Below are positions 19,872 through 30,777 of a stretch of DNA of 64,000 nt, piece by piece. Made by a program: the position numbers and the translations under genes. Each line of letters begins with the position of its first letter. The first letter of the stretch is position 1. The notes below the pieces were generated by a model, which worked only from the letters and a program-made list of their open reading frames with translations, searched no databases and was not told the origin of the DNA. Source of the DNA: Nitrospirota bacterium (GTDB lineage Bacteria; Nitrospirota; UBA9217); assembly GCA_963796285.1 (NCBI GenBank), contig CAWCKW010000012.1, positions 32,001 to 96,000 of the forward strand, read 5' to 3'.

Positions 19872-22361
19872 ATGGATACATCCAAAGGCTATACTGACAG
19901 AATCCTTGGCGAACAGGTCCGTCTTGCCATCAAGCAGCTGCCTACGATGCAGATAACATCCTTCATCATCGCCCTCATTCTTTCCTTTGCCGTTCGCGAT
20001 ATCAGCCCTCGGACAAATATCATCGCATGGTTAATAATGCTCCTGGTGACCGTCTTCGGCAGGACCATTCTTTACTATCGATTCCTGAAGGTTGATGAAC
20101 AACCCATTGTTGCGGGGTACTGGGAAACGATCTATTTGCTTTTGGCCCTTTTTTCCGGGATCGTGTGGGGCGTTTCCGCCTTTATTATTTTCCCGGCGGG
20201 CAATATATGGCCGATGGCGATCTTTTTAATCGCAATTGCTGGCTTGGGAGCCGGGACCACCATATCTCATGCGGGCATTAAATTAGGGTCCACAGCATGG
20301 GTAGTGCCGGTCATGCTGCTCTATGCCGTCCGCTGCATCATGGTAGGAGGTGAATTTGAATATGTCTTAGGCTTTTTTATTGTTATCTTTATGGTTGCAA
20401 TCATTTATCTCTCCTTGAAAAATAATGAAGCCATTACCTCTTCCCTCTCTTTAAAATTCGAACACATCGACCTTCTTTCCGTTGTCCAGGAGAGCGAAGA
20501 ACGATATCGCGTACTGGCTGGAGCAAGCTTTGAGGCCGTGGTATTCAGTCAGGAAGGTATTATCAAGGACTGCAACGAACAGTTGTCAAAGATACTTGGT
20601 TTCAGCAGAGAAGAGCTGATTGATAAACCGATTCGAGATCTTTTGCCCCCGGAAGAAATCGAACGCGTAATGAATAATATCAGCAGCGGGCGGGAATCTA
20701 TCATTGATACCGATGTAGTGTGCAAAGACGGCAGTCGACGCAGTATAGAGGCGCATGGCACAACAACACTGTATCAGGGCAAAGAATATCGAATTACCGC
20801 CATCCATGACATCACCGAGCTCAGACGGATGGAAGGTGCGCTCCGGGAAAAGGAAAGCAAGTATCGATCGCTGTTTGAATCCGCGAAAGACGGGATCTTT
20901 ATCCTGGACGAGACCGGCTTCACGGACTGCAACCGGAAAGGCGCCGAGATGTACGGCCTTACGAAGGAAGAGCTCATCGGCCGTTCACCAAACGATTTTG
21001 CTCCGGAGCGTCAACCCGACGGACGGCCCTCGTTCGAAGTGGCCGGCGAGAAGATCCAGGGAGCGTTGAGCGGCGTTCCCCAGATCTTCGAGTGGCAGTC
21101 GCTGCGCGCTAACGCCGGCCCCTTGAGCGCCTTTGATGTGGAGATCTCACTGAGCCGGCTCGAAGTGGGCGGTAAGATGTGCCTGCATGCGATCGTTCGC
21201 GACATCAGCGAACGAAAGCGGTTGGAGCAGGAACGCCTCAAGACCCAGAAGCTTGAAGCCATCGGAACGCTGGCGGGCGGGATCGCACACGATTTCAACA
21301 ACCTGCTGCAGGGTGTTTTCGGGTATATCTCCCTCGCGAAGCTGAGGATCAGTGACCGGGAGAAAAGTCTGGCGGCGCTTGGGGAGGCGGAGAAAGCGCT
21401 GCATATTTCGGTGAGATTGACGAACCAGCTTCTTACCTTCTCGAAGGGCGGCAAACCGGTGAAAAAAACAATTGACCTCCTCCCGGTGATCGAGAATGCA
21501 GCGAAATTCGCTCTGAGCGGATCGCGCACCGATTGCCATATTGCGGTGGATGAAGGTCTTTGGCAAATTGACGCGGACGAAGGCCAGATCGGCCAGGTGA
21601 TCCAGAACATAGTTCTGAACGCCGACCAGTCCATGCCCGAAGGCGGACAGGTAATGATCACGGCGCGAAACGTTCCTGTTCCCGTTCCGGATGCACCGCA
21701 GGACCTGGAACAAGGCAGGTATGTCGAGATCGCCTTCAGGGACACCGGTGTCGGCATTCCCGAGAAGTATCTCGGCAAAATCTTCGACCCCTATTTCACC
21801 ACCAAGGAAAAAGGAAGTGGTCTGGGACTCGCAACATCCTATTCGATCATCAAGAACCACAACGGCAGAATTGTCGTAAAGTCGGAGATGGGGAAAGGAA
21901 CGACCTTCCTCATTTACCTCCCGGCAGCGGAAGCCGTCAAGCGAGAAGAACGGGCCAGACCCGCTGCCGCGGCGCCGGGACGGACAGGTCGGGTGCTTGT
22001 CATGGATGATGAACCGGTCATCCTCACTGTTGCCGGAGAACTGATCAGGGCGCTGGGTCACCATGCGGAGCTCGCTTCTCAGGGTAGTGAGGCGATCGCA
22101 AAATATCAGGAGGCGCAGCGATCAGGACAGCCGTTCGATGTCGTTATTCTGGACCTTACGATCCGGGGCGGGATGGGCGGCGCTGAAACCCTTCGGAGAC
22201 TGACGGAAATCGATCCAGGCGTGAAGACCGTTGTATCGAGCGGATACTCTGATGATACAGCCATCGCAGGCTATTTGGAACAGGGATTCAAGGCCGTTCT
22301 TAAGAAGCCGTACCATGTTGATGAACTGCGAGAGGTGCTGAACAGATTGATGAACTCGTAG
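19872..22361 (+). CDS. Hybrid sensor histidine kinase (membrane sensor, two PAS, HisKA/HATPase, REC)
   Basis: Same catalytic motifs as the upstream kinase, with a different membrane domain. Confidence 0.93.
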   Translation: MDTSKGYTDRILGEQVRLAIKQLPTMQITSFIIALILSFAVRDISPRTNIIAWLIMLLVTVFGRTILYYRFLKVDEQPIVAGYWETIYLLLALFSGIVWGVSAFIIFPAGNIWPMAIFLIAIAGLGAGTTISHAGIKLGSTAWVVPVMLLYAVRCIMVGGEFEYVLGFFIVIFMVAIIYLSLKNNEAITSSLSLKFEHIDLLSVVQESEERYRVLAGASFEAVVFSQEGIIKDCNEQLSKILGFSREELIDKPIRDLLPPEEIERVMNNISSGRESIIDTDVVCKDGSRRSIEAHGTTTLYQGKEYRITAIHDITELRRMEGALREKESKYRSLFESAKDGIFILDETGFTDCNRKGAEMYGLTKEELIGRSPNDFAPERQPDGRPSFEVAGEKIQGALSGVPQIFEWQSLRANAGPLSAFDVEISLSRLEVGGKMCLHAIVRDISERKRLEQERLKTQKLEAIGTLAGGIAHDFNNLLQGVFGYISLAKLRISDREKSLAALGEAEKALHISVRLTNQLLTFSKGGKPVKKTIDLLPVIENAAKFALSGSRTDCHIAVDEGLWQIDADEGQIGQVIQNIVLNADQSMPEGGQVMITARNVPVPVPDAPQDLEQGRYVEIAFRDTGVGIPEKYLGKIFDPYFTTKEKGSGLGLATSYSIIKNHNGRIVVKSEMGKGTTFLIYLPAAEAVKREERARPAAAAPGRTGRVLVMDDEPVILTVAGELIRALGHHAELASQGSEAIAKYQEAQRSGQPFDVVILDLTIRGGMGGAETLRRLTEIDPGVKTVVSSGYSDDTAIAGYLEQGFKAVLKKPYHVDELREVLNRLMNS

Positions 22362-22395
22362 TTATTGCTGAACAGGGGAAGCCATGGTTCTGGAA

Positions 22396-23775
22396 TCACT
22401 CCACCTCGTCGAGCTTCGTAAATGCCTTCAATACCACTTCCGACAGCGCCGGGTGGATGTGCATGCCCCTGGCCACGGACCAGAGGTTCCCGTCTGCGGC
22501 CATGGCGTTCACGACCTCCTGGATCAGGACGGATGCCTGGGGGCCGATGATATGGTATCCCAGTATCTTTCCCGTCTTCCGGTGCACCACGGCCTTGGTG
22601 AATCCATCGGTTTCCATCATGGCCTCGCCGCGCGCCACGTCCCGGTACATGGCCTTGCCCACAAGGACCTCGTGTTTGCCCATGAGCTTGATCGCCTGCT
22701 CCTCGGTAAGTCCCACGGAAGCGATTTCAGGATAGGAGAACACGGCATGCGGCACGGTAAGGAAGTTCATCCGTGATTTCTTGCCGTGGATGGCATTGTG
22801 CCAGACAAGCTCGGCCTCATGATTGGCCGAATGCCGGAACATCTTCTTGCCTATGGCATCGCCGAACGCCCAGATGTTTTTCTTCGAGGTTTCTAAGAAC
22901 TCATCCACGATGATGTAACCCTTTTCGTCAGTCTTCACACCCGTGTTCCCGACCATCAGAACGTCTGCGTTTGACTTTCTGCCCGCGGCGATCAGAACAT
23001 ATTGAGCAATGACCTCCAGCTGTTTTCCCGTGTTCCGTTCTTTTGCTGAGACCGTAGTGAACTTCCCGGTTTGGCGGACCTCAATGGCCTCCGTATTCGT
23101 ATGAATTGTCATGCGCCGGGAAAGGGCTGTCTTCAGCAGTTCCGAGATCTCCGGCTCCTCTTCAGGCACGAGCCGCTCGTTGCTCTGGATGATGGTGATC
23201 TTCGTGCCCATGGCCTCGAAGAAATGGGCGAACTCGGCGGCAATGTATCCGCCTCCGACGATGATCATGCTTTCCGGGCGTTCAGTAAGCTGGAGCGCAC
23301 TCTCGTTCGTGAGATACTCGATGCTCTCGATGCCTTTGACGGAAGGAATGAGCGGCCGGGCGCCTGATACAATGAAGATTATCTTGCCTCTGATCGTCCG
23401 GCCCGTTATGTCGAGTGTATACTCATCAATAAAATGCGCCTCGCCCCCGTAGAAATCGAAACCATCGGCCTCTTCCAGCGTTTTTTGGATATTGTCGTGG
23501 CTTTTTTTTACGTGCTTCCGCATCCTCTCCATGATGGCCGCGAAATCGATCGCCTTGATCTCTGCAGTGATGCCGAATTTCTGCGCCTCGCGAATTTCCA
23601 TGATCCTGTCAGCCGGGTAGACGATCATCTTCGTCGGTATGCAGCCGACATTCAGACAGGTGCCGCCCGCAGGCCCCTTGTCCACGATCGCAACGGTCTT
23701 ATTGTGTGCCAGTGCGTCATTGACAAGGTTCGCACCGCTGCCTGAGCCGATGATGATGACGTCGTATTCTTTCAT
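22396..23775 (-). CDS. Pyridine nucleotide-disulfide oxidoreductase class I (lipoamide dehydrogenase/mycothione reductase-like)
   Basis: GSGSG, GGTCLNVGCIPTK, VPHAVFSYPEIA, HIHPALSE. Confidence 0.88.
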   Translation of the reverse strand: MKEYDVIIIGSGSGANLVNDALAHNKTVAIVDKGPAGGTCLNVGCIPTKMIVYPADRIMEIREAQKFGITAEIKAIDFAAIMERMRKHVKKSHDNIQKTLEEADGFDFYGGEAHFIDEYTLDITGRTIRGKIIFIVSGARPLIPSVKGIESIEYLTNESALQLTERPESMIIVGGGYIAAEFAHFFEAMGTKITIIQSNERLVPEEEPEISELLKTALSRRMTIHTNTEAIEVRQTGKFTTVSAKERNTGKQLEVIAQYVLIAAGRKSNADVLMVGNTGVKTDEKGYIIVDEFLETSKKNIWAFGDAIGKKMFRHSANHEAELVWHNAIHGKKSRMNFLTVPHAVFSYPEIASVGLTEEQAIKLMGKHEVLVGKAMYRDVARGEAMMETDGFTKAVVHRKTGKILGYHIIGPQASVLIQEVVNAMAADGNLWSVARGMHIHPALSEVVLKAFTKLDEVE

Positions 23776-24022
23776 GGTAGTCCTTTCAAGATGCAGCTTT
23801 CCCTTGATGGTGGTCTATATAAGCATTGTAGCATTTTCCCGGTGCGTGTCAATGAAAGGGATTCTTCACCCGCATGCGTTTGCTTTGGTTGGTTTTCTCA
23901 TCACCCTTACCTCTTCTCTGGCCCACTCAAAGAAACAACTGCCCGAACTCACAAAATAATTGCGTATTGCTCGAAAATTAAATATACTAACGCCATTCAA
24001 TGTTTACTGGGGGGACAAGGAA

Positions 24023-24931
24023 ATGAGCATTCTTGATTGCATCGGCAACACGCCGATAGCGCGGCTGGACAGGATCAACCCGAACCCGAAGGTTCGGCTC
24101 TTTGCCAAGCTGGAAGGGAACAATCCGGGCGGATCGGTGAAGGACCGCATCGCCTGGTACATGGTCAAGTCCGCTGAAGCGGAAGGCAAGCTCACCAAAG
24201 GTTCGACCATCCTCGAGGCGACGTCGGGCAATACGGGCATCGGGCTCGCCATGGTCGGCTCTGCCAGGGGATACAAGGTCAAGCTCGTCATGCCCGAGTG
24301 CGTGAGCATGGAGCGGAGGAAAGTGCTCGAGGCCTTCGGCGCCGAGCTGGTGCTGAGCCCCGGCAACCAGGGGACCGACGGCGCGATCCGGCTGGCGCAC
24401 AAGCTTTACGACGAGCACCGGAACGGCTATTTCATGCCGAACCAGTTCGACAACGAAGCGAACGTCAAGGCCCATTACGAGACCACGGGCAGAGAGATCT
24501 ACGAGCAGACGAGGGGAGAGGTGAGCGTCTTCGTGGCCGGCATGGGCACGACCGGCACGCTCATGGGCGCGGGAAAACGGCTCAAAGAAATGAACAGCTC
24601 GATAACTGTCCTCGGCGTGGAGCCCCACCTGGGCCACAAGATCCAGGGGCTCAAGAACATGTCCGAGGCCATCGTGCCGAAGATATTCAATCCAGCGGCG
24701 CTGGACGAGAAATGGAACGTGGTGGACGACGACGCATTCGACACAACGCGCAGGCTGGCGCTCGAAGAGGGCCTGTTCGTGGGTATGAGCAGCGGCGCGG
24801 CCATGGCAGCGGCGATCAAGAAAGCGAAGGAGATGAAGGACGGTACGATCGTCGTGGTCCTGCCCGACCGCGGAGACCGGTACCTCAGTACGGCCTTGTT
24901 CACCTCAGTCTGCGCGCAGTGCCCGCCGTAG
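24023..24931 (+). CDS. cysM: Cysteine synthase (CysM-like)
   Basis: KLEGNNPGGSVKDR, EATSGNTG, GMGTTGT, PDRGDRYLST. Confidence 0.9.
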   Translation: MSILDCIGNTPIARLDRINPNPKVRLFAKLEGNNPGGSVKDRIAWYMVKSAEAEGKLTKGSTILEATSGNTGIGLAMVGSARGYKVKLVMPECVSMERRKVLEAFGAELVLSPGNQGTDGAIRLAHKLYDEHRNGYFMPNQFDNEANVKAHYETTGREIYEQTRGEVSVFVAGMGTTGTLMGAGKRLKEMNSSITVLGVEPHLGHKIQGLKNMSEAIVPKIFNPAALDEKWNVVDDDAFDTTRRLALEEGLFVGMSSGAAMAAAIKKAKEMKDGTIVVVLPDRGDRYLSTALFTSVCAQCPP

Positions 24932-25124
24932 GGGAGGATGTAAAGAGGCCGGTATCGGCCTTCCGAACATTGCCCCTGCCGTCGGTTCCCTTCTTCGCAC
25001 AGCCCTCTCCCTGTCGGGAGAGGGCTTAGACATCATATCATATGCGTTTCGATTCCTATTTCATTGTTCACACAATCGCGGGTTGCACCGTTCTGTACTG
25101 TCTGGCATCAGCGCTATTCAGCCA

Positions 25125-26585
25125 TCATGGTTTGATCGTAAGGTAGATCGAACCTCCCCGCCGATAAATGAGCAAGAGCACACCGTCCTTTTCTTTGATC
25201 TTCGAGACCACCTGTTCATACTCCTGCGCGCTCTTGATGCCCCGGCGGTTCACTTCCTGGATCACATCGTTGGCCTGCAGCAAATCGTGACTCGGGCTGT
25301 CTGATGCGACATCAGTCACGATAACTCCGTTCGTGTCATCAGGGATTTCAAGTTTATCACGCAGGCTCGCGGTGAGGTCCTGGACCGTAATACCCTTCAG
25401 GACATTCTTGTATTCGGTCTTTTTTATTTCCGCTTTTTCCTTGAATTCGCCGAGTGTGGCGGTGAGGGACTGCTGATTGCCATCCCGTATGATCTTGATC
25501 CCGATCTTTGTCCCCGGCGACAACGCGGACACCATGTTCCTGAGGCTGGTGGAGTCGGCAATCGCTTTCCCGTCCAATTCGATGATGAGGTCGCCCCGTT
25601 TCAGGCCGGCCTTGTACGCGGGGCTGTCGTCCATAACGCCTGAAACCAGGGCGCCTGTTTGTTCCGTGATTTTGAAGGATTTCGCGAGATCCGGTGAAAG
25701 GTCCTGTATGCTGACACCCAGCCAGCCGCGGATCACCTTCCCGTGCTTGATGATGCTGTCCATAACGCCTGTTGCCATGTCGGACGGTATCGCGAAGCCG
25801 ATGCCCATATATCCACCGCTGGTCGAAAAGATGGCGGTATTAATGCCGACCAGTTCACCATTGGTGTTGACCAGCGCGCCGCCTGAATTGCCCGGATTGA
25901 TAGCCGCATCGGTCTGGATAAAGTCCTCAAAATCGGCGAGACCGATGTGCGATCTTCCCACAGCGCTCACGATCCCCATGGTGATCGTCTGGTTCAGGCC
26001 AAAGGGATTGCCGATGGCGAGCACCACGTCACCGGTCTTCAGCGCGGAGGATGACCCCATTTTCACCGTCGGCAGGTCCTTGGCGTCGATCTTCACGACG
26101 GCGAGGTCGGTTTTGGAATCAGTGCCCACGACCGTGCCTTTGAATTCCCGCTTGTCATACAGGACCACCTTGATCTCATCGGCCCCCTTGACCACATGGT
26201 TGTTGGTCAGGATATATCCCTTATCGGACACGATCACGCCCGACCCCAGGGCAGAGGACTTATGTTTCCGATTCGGCCCCGGATGATTGAACTGGTCGCC
26301 GAAGAAGCGCCTGAAAAAAGGATCGTTGAACATATCGCCGAAGGGGTTCTCTTCAGCCGGGATCGTGGTCGTTGTCGAAATATTCACCACTGCCGGCCGT
26401 ACTACCTCTGCCACCTCTGCCAGTGCGTTGCTTAAATTCCCGAGTAATTTTTTACTGTCCGGGGAAATGGTTTTTCCCCCGGCGTGGGCGGTATCTGCGG
26501 CCAGATGAGCGCCCGAAACCAGGAATAGAAAGCTGAGTACAACGAAAAACCATGATATGTTGCTGTTACTGGTGCGGTTCTGCAT
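25125..26585 (-). CDS. degP: Do/DegP/DegQ serine endoprotease with two PDZ domains
   Basis: LTNNHV, TDLAV, QTDAAINPGNSGG; signal peptide. Confidence 0.9.
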   Translation of the reverse strand: MQNRTSNSNISWFFVVLSFLFLVSGAHLAADTAHAGGKTISPDSKKLLGNLSNALAEVAEVVRPAVVNISTTTTIPAEENPFGDMFNDPFFRRFFGDQFNHPGPNRKHKSSALGSGVIVSDKGYILTNNHVVKGADEIKVVLYDKREFKGTVVGTDSKTDLAVVKIDAKDLPTVKMGSSSALKTGDVVLAIGNPFGLNQTITMGIVSAVGRSHIGLADFEDFIQTDAAINPGNSGGALVNTNGELVGINTAIFSTSGGYMGIGFAIPSDMATGVMDSIIKHGKVIRGWLGVSIQDLSPDLAKSFKITEQTGALVSGVMDDSPAYKAGLKRGDLIIELDGKAIADSTSLRNMVSALSPGTKIGIKIIRDGNQQSLTATLGEFKEKAEIKKTEYKNVLKGITVQDLTASLRDKLEIPDDTNGVIVTDVASDSPSHDLLQANDVIQEVNRRGIKSAQEYEQVVSKIKEKDGVLLLIYRRGGSIYLTIKP

Positions 26586-27203
26586 ATGTTCCTCCTCTTA
26601 TTGATAAATTCGTGCAGCCGGAATAATAATTGTTACCCGCCAAAGCGTTCCCCTCTCCTCGCTGGGGACAGGACCAAGCCTGCCCCGAGTAAAGGCGAAG
26701 GGGTGAGCGGTAAAGAAGTATCAGTGTTCAATTCGTTCGTATTAGATTATACCTTATGACGGTATCGTGTTCAAGACGGATGCATGATGTTGCAAGCGAG
26801 ACAAGGTAGCGTGTCCGAGCGCAACTTATTGAAAAAACATGATCACGGTTCTTTCCCCACCCGGCAAAAGGTCCTGGGTTAAGAGTTTGACACTGTAAAG
26901 CCACGATGGTTTAACGAAGGCTGCTTTTTTCAGAGAGAGCGCGCGGAAAAGATCGTGGGTTATCACTCAGTTAAGAACGCGAATTTTTCACAAAAAAGGA
27001 AGAACATTTACCGCGAAGCACGCAAAGGACGTCAAAAACGATGGCATTGACTTTGATTCACGATCTACAAGTCTCCCTTCGCGACCTTTGCGCTTTGGCG
27101 GTTTCAAGGTTTTGTTTCCGGCTTGTCCCGGTTACATCAGGAACGACTGGCCCTATCAACGCATCATTGATGAATTTGTTACCTATGGCTGAGACAGTGG
27201 AGT

Positions 27204-30200
27204 CTACAGTCTTGTGCAGCGTTCCAGTCGGTTACTATCAAGGAACAGGAGATATCCCTCCACGCTCTCCAGTTTGAAGATCTCTTTCACCGCTTCGCAG
27301 TAGACGGCGATTTGCGGACGGTAATGTTCCTTCCAGTCATCGAGCGCCTCGTTACTTTCGATGACGATGGACTTATAGTCGATCACAAATCCTTTGGCAT
27401 CTTTTATCACTACGCGATCGATGATGCCGCTCACAAGGGTATGGCCTTTTCTGTACAGAAAGGGCAGTTCCGAGTATGCCTTCTGATGACGCTCGAATAT
27501 CCAGGCAAGTTCATTGTTTCCCAGGACTGATCTCAATATTGACTCGATAGCGGCCTGAACAACATGTTGAGCATCGTGCCTGAGCGTAATGATCTCGGGA
27601 TATTCGGCGATGATCCTGTCAATATCGTACGCGCCGTTCTTTGTGTATTCCTCAAGGCAGCGGTGGAGAACGCTTCCGCGAATAAGGGGAGAAACCGGCC
27701 CGCCTTCACCTGAAAGAGCAACCGTCCCGGCTGCATCTTCCCCTTCTCGCTCGATGAAGTCAGTTGCGCGCTTCCATTCAAGCGCATCCGAGCGAGGGAT
27801 CGGGGAGATGTTGTTGAGGACCCGTTGCACATCTATCTGCACTGAAATGCCCTGAGCAACTCCGCCCTGGGAAAGCGGGGCTGATAGGGTCTTTCCCGTG
27901 AAGCCCGGCTCCCGTGCGGACACGGGATACGCGTAGGAACGCACGCCTGCTGGACCATCGACCGGTGATGCGAATAAGGGTTGCGGCGCCGTGCGGTGCA
28001 GATCATCCAGCCAGGAGCTCTGTTTGACGGGTGTTTTGTTGTTCCCAAGGGTGCCGAGCATGATCAGATGGTCCCGTGCCCGTGTCATCGCGACATAGAG
28101 AAGCCGCTGCTGTTCCCGCTTGATCTCTTCCCGCTCGCCGCTGTCGCCTTTCCACATATCATCGTACACCGGATTGTTCGCGTCTTTGATCGCGACGCAC
28201 GGTCCAGTGCTTGATTCGCTGATGAGGGCCTCCGGTCCGAAGGTGAAAGATCGCGCGGTCTGGTTCATCCCCGGCAGGAACACAATGGGAAATTCCAGGC
28301 CTTTGGCCTTGTGTACGGTCAGGATGCTGACGGACCCCTGGAACCCGGGAAGGTTCATATCAGCAGTGGCCTCGCGCTGCTCGGTCCTGCGGAGGTTCCT
28401 GACCCATTCCACAAAGTCCTGGAGCGTGGTATGGCCGCGGCGATCGAACTCGCGGGCAGTATCGAGCAGTTTGTCGATGTTAAAGATCGCCTGAGGGTTC
28501 TTCCTGCCGAACCGCACATAGGCGCCGGTATCGTTAACGATCGTATGCATGAGGGCCGCGAGAGGCGCGACACCCGCGAGTTGTTGCCAACGGTGCAGCA
28601 ATTTCCATGCTCCCGGCCGCAGCGTTCGGAGGGCGTCGAGCATCTCTCCCTTCTGCTGCATGAGGTCGAAGAGGTCCGTGTCCGTGAACCCGAAGAGGGC
28701 TGAGGTAAGGGCCGCGGCAAGCGCAAGGTTGTCATCCTTGTTCCAGAGAAAGAAGAGAGTGTTCATCATTGCCTGGACCTCGTCCTCCTCGTAAAAACCG
28801 ATGCCGCCGATCACGCGGAAAGGAATACCCGCATGCTGCAGTGCTGTTTCATAATTCTTGAGCCTTGTTCGCGACTGGATCAAGATGGCGCAGTCGCCGT
28901 ACGCGGCATGCCGTTCTTTCCAGACATCGTTCACCTTATCGTAGACAACGGCGCCGGTTTCCACGAACGACCGAATGCTCCGCGCCAGCACATCGGCTTC
29001 AGCAAGGCCTGATGGGGACCCCTCGCCGGATGCAGACTGGATCTCGATGAGCTGGACGCTTCCCTTGTGGTCCTTCCTGTCACTGTCAGAGGGTTTATAC
29101 GCATCTCCCCACAGCCCTGCGAAGACCTTGTTCACCGTCTCGATGACCTCGGGTGTTGAACGGAAGTTCTTGTCGAGAGTGAGGATTGCCCGCGATCCAC
29201 GAGGCAGAAGCGTCTCCATCTTCTGTTTGACGTTCTCGATCAGGCGGTAGTTAGCCTCACGGAAGCGGTAGATGGACTGCTTTTCGTCGCCGACCACGAA
29301 CAGCGTGGGGGGCATGCGTTTTTCCGCGCCCTGGCCCGCGAAGATCTCGCTGGTCAGCCTATCGAGGATGGCCCACTGGATATCGCTCGTGTCCTGGAAC
29401 TCGTCAACGAGGAAGTGCAGGACCTTGCGATCGAGCCAGTAGAGGATCTCCGGCGATTCACTGTTCTGGAGCAGACGGTAGGCGTAGATCTCAAGGTCAT
29501 CGAAGTCCAGGAGGCCTTCTCTGAGCTTCGATGCCTGGTAGTGTTCAGCCGAGCGCAGATACAGCCGGAGCATGCTGAGCGACTCGCGGCCTGCTTGTGC
29601 GCGCTGGTACGCGTTCCTGAGCCGGTACAGCAGCGCCTGGATGGCGAAGAAGAGCTTCTCGTATCCCTGTCTGTTCCTGCCTTTGAAGGACTTCACGGCG
29701 ATCTTGGCGTTCTTGCGCGGTGTGCCTTCAAGGGTAAAGTAGATCGGTGAGAGTGATGCCGCTGCCGTGAACGCGGCATCCGAGTCCTGCGCTTCGGCGA
29801 GCAGAAGGTGACCAGGCCCCATGCAATCGACATAGTTGTCGCCCTCTGCCTTGAGCAAGAGCTCCATCTCCTGGAACGATATCCGCCACTCAGCGCTGGT
29901 GATAAGCGTAGCGAGCTCCGCCTCAGCCGCGCCTGTTTCCATTCCTGCGCGGACGGACTTGAGCAGTCCGTCCGGTCCCTGTGCGTCGATCTCCATGCGT
30001 TTGAGCCTGGTCCTGATCGAAAGCAGGTACTCGATGGTTGAAATAAGTTCGTCGGCCGTGAACCCCTTGAGCGCGTCCATGATCTCCTGGTCTTGGTCGG
30101 TTTCTTCGAGGGTATCTTCGATGGCCTGTTGGATCTTGGTTGCCTGGTCGCGGGAATCGAGCACGCCGAAGTCAGGCGGGAGACCCGCTTCGAGCGGGTA

Positions 30201-30516
30201 GCGCTTCAGAAGGTTCATGCAAAAGGAGTGGATGGTGGAGATGCGGAGGTCCTGCTTGCCCCGGATGATCTTCTTGAGCATGGCCTCGGGCAGGTCGCGC
30301 ATCACGCGCTCTTTGATCTCCGCAGCGGCCTTGTCCGTAAACGTGATGGCCACGGCCTGGTCGATGTTGAGCCCGCGCTTGTCGAGCATGTCGAGCAGCG
30401 CCAGATAGCGCTCCTTGAGACGCGCGGGTCTTTCCCGAGCCGGCTGAGGCCGAGAGGTGCACGGACTTGGACGTGTCAGAGGCGTCTGGCATTGTTTGAT
30501 CTTTATTATTGGACAT
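27204..30516 (-). CDS. addA: AddA/RecB-like UvrD helicase-nuclease (apparent +1 frameshift near 30420)
   Basis: Walker A SASAGSGKT in the 5' frame joins LKERYLALL; AITFTDKAA, DEFQDTS, VGDEKQSIYRFR, TVHKAKGLEF, LLYVAMTRA, GIIDRV..IDYK. Confidence 0.85.
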
Positions 30517-30777
30517 AATTATTCAGAGGCAATGCCTCGGACCTATGAAACAAGGGCAAACATATTTGAACCGCAGAGACGTAGCCTGCTCTTGCGAAGG
30601 CGCGGCCATAAACGGAGACGCAGAGGACTTCAAACTCTTATATTTTAAAACTTGAGCCTTGTCATTCTTTTCTCCGCGTCTCGGCGTCTCTGTGGTGAAC
30701 GTTATTGATCGATTCAAAAACTTGACTCAAAATTAATGATGCGCCGTATTACAAGATGTTTAAATAGGTGCGACCCC

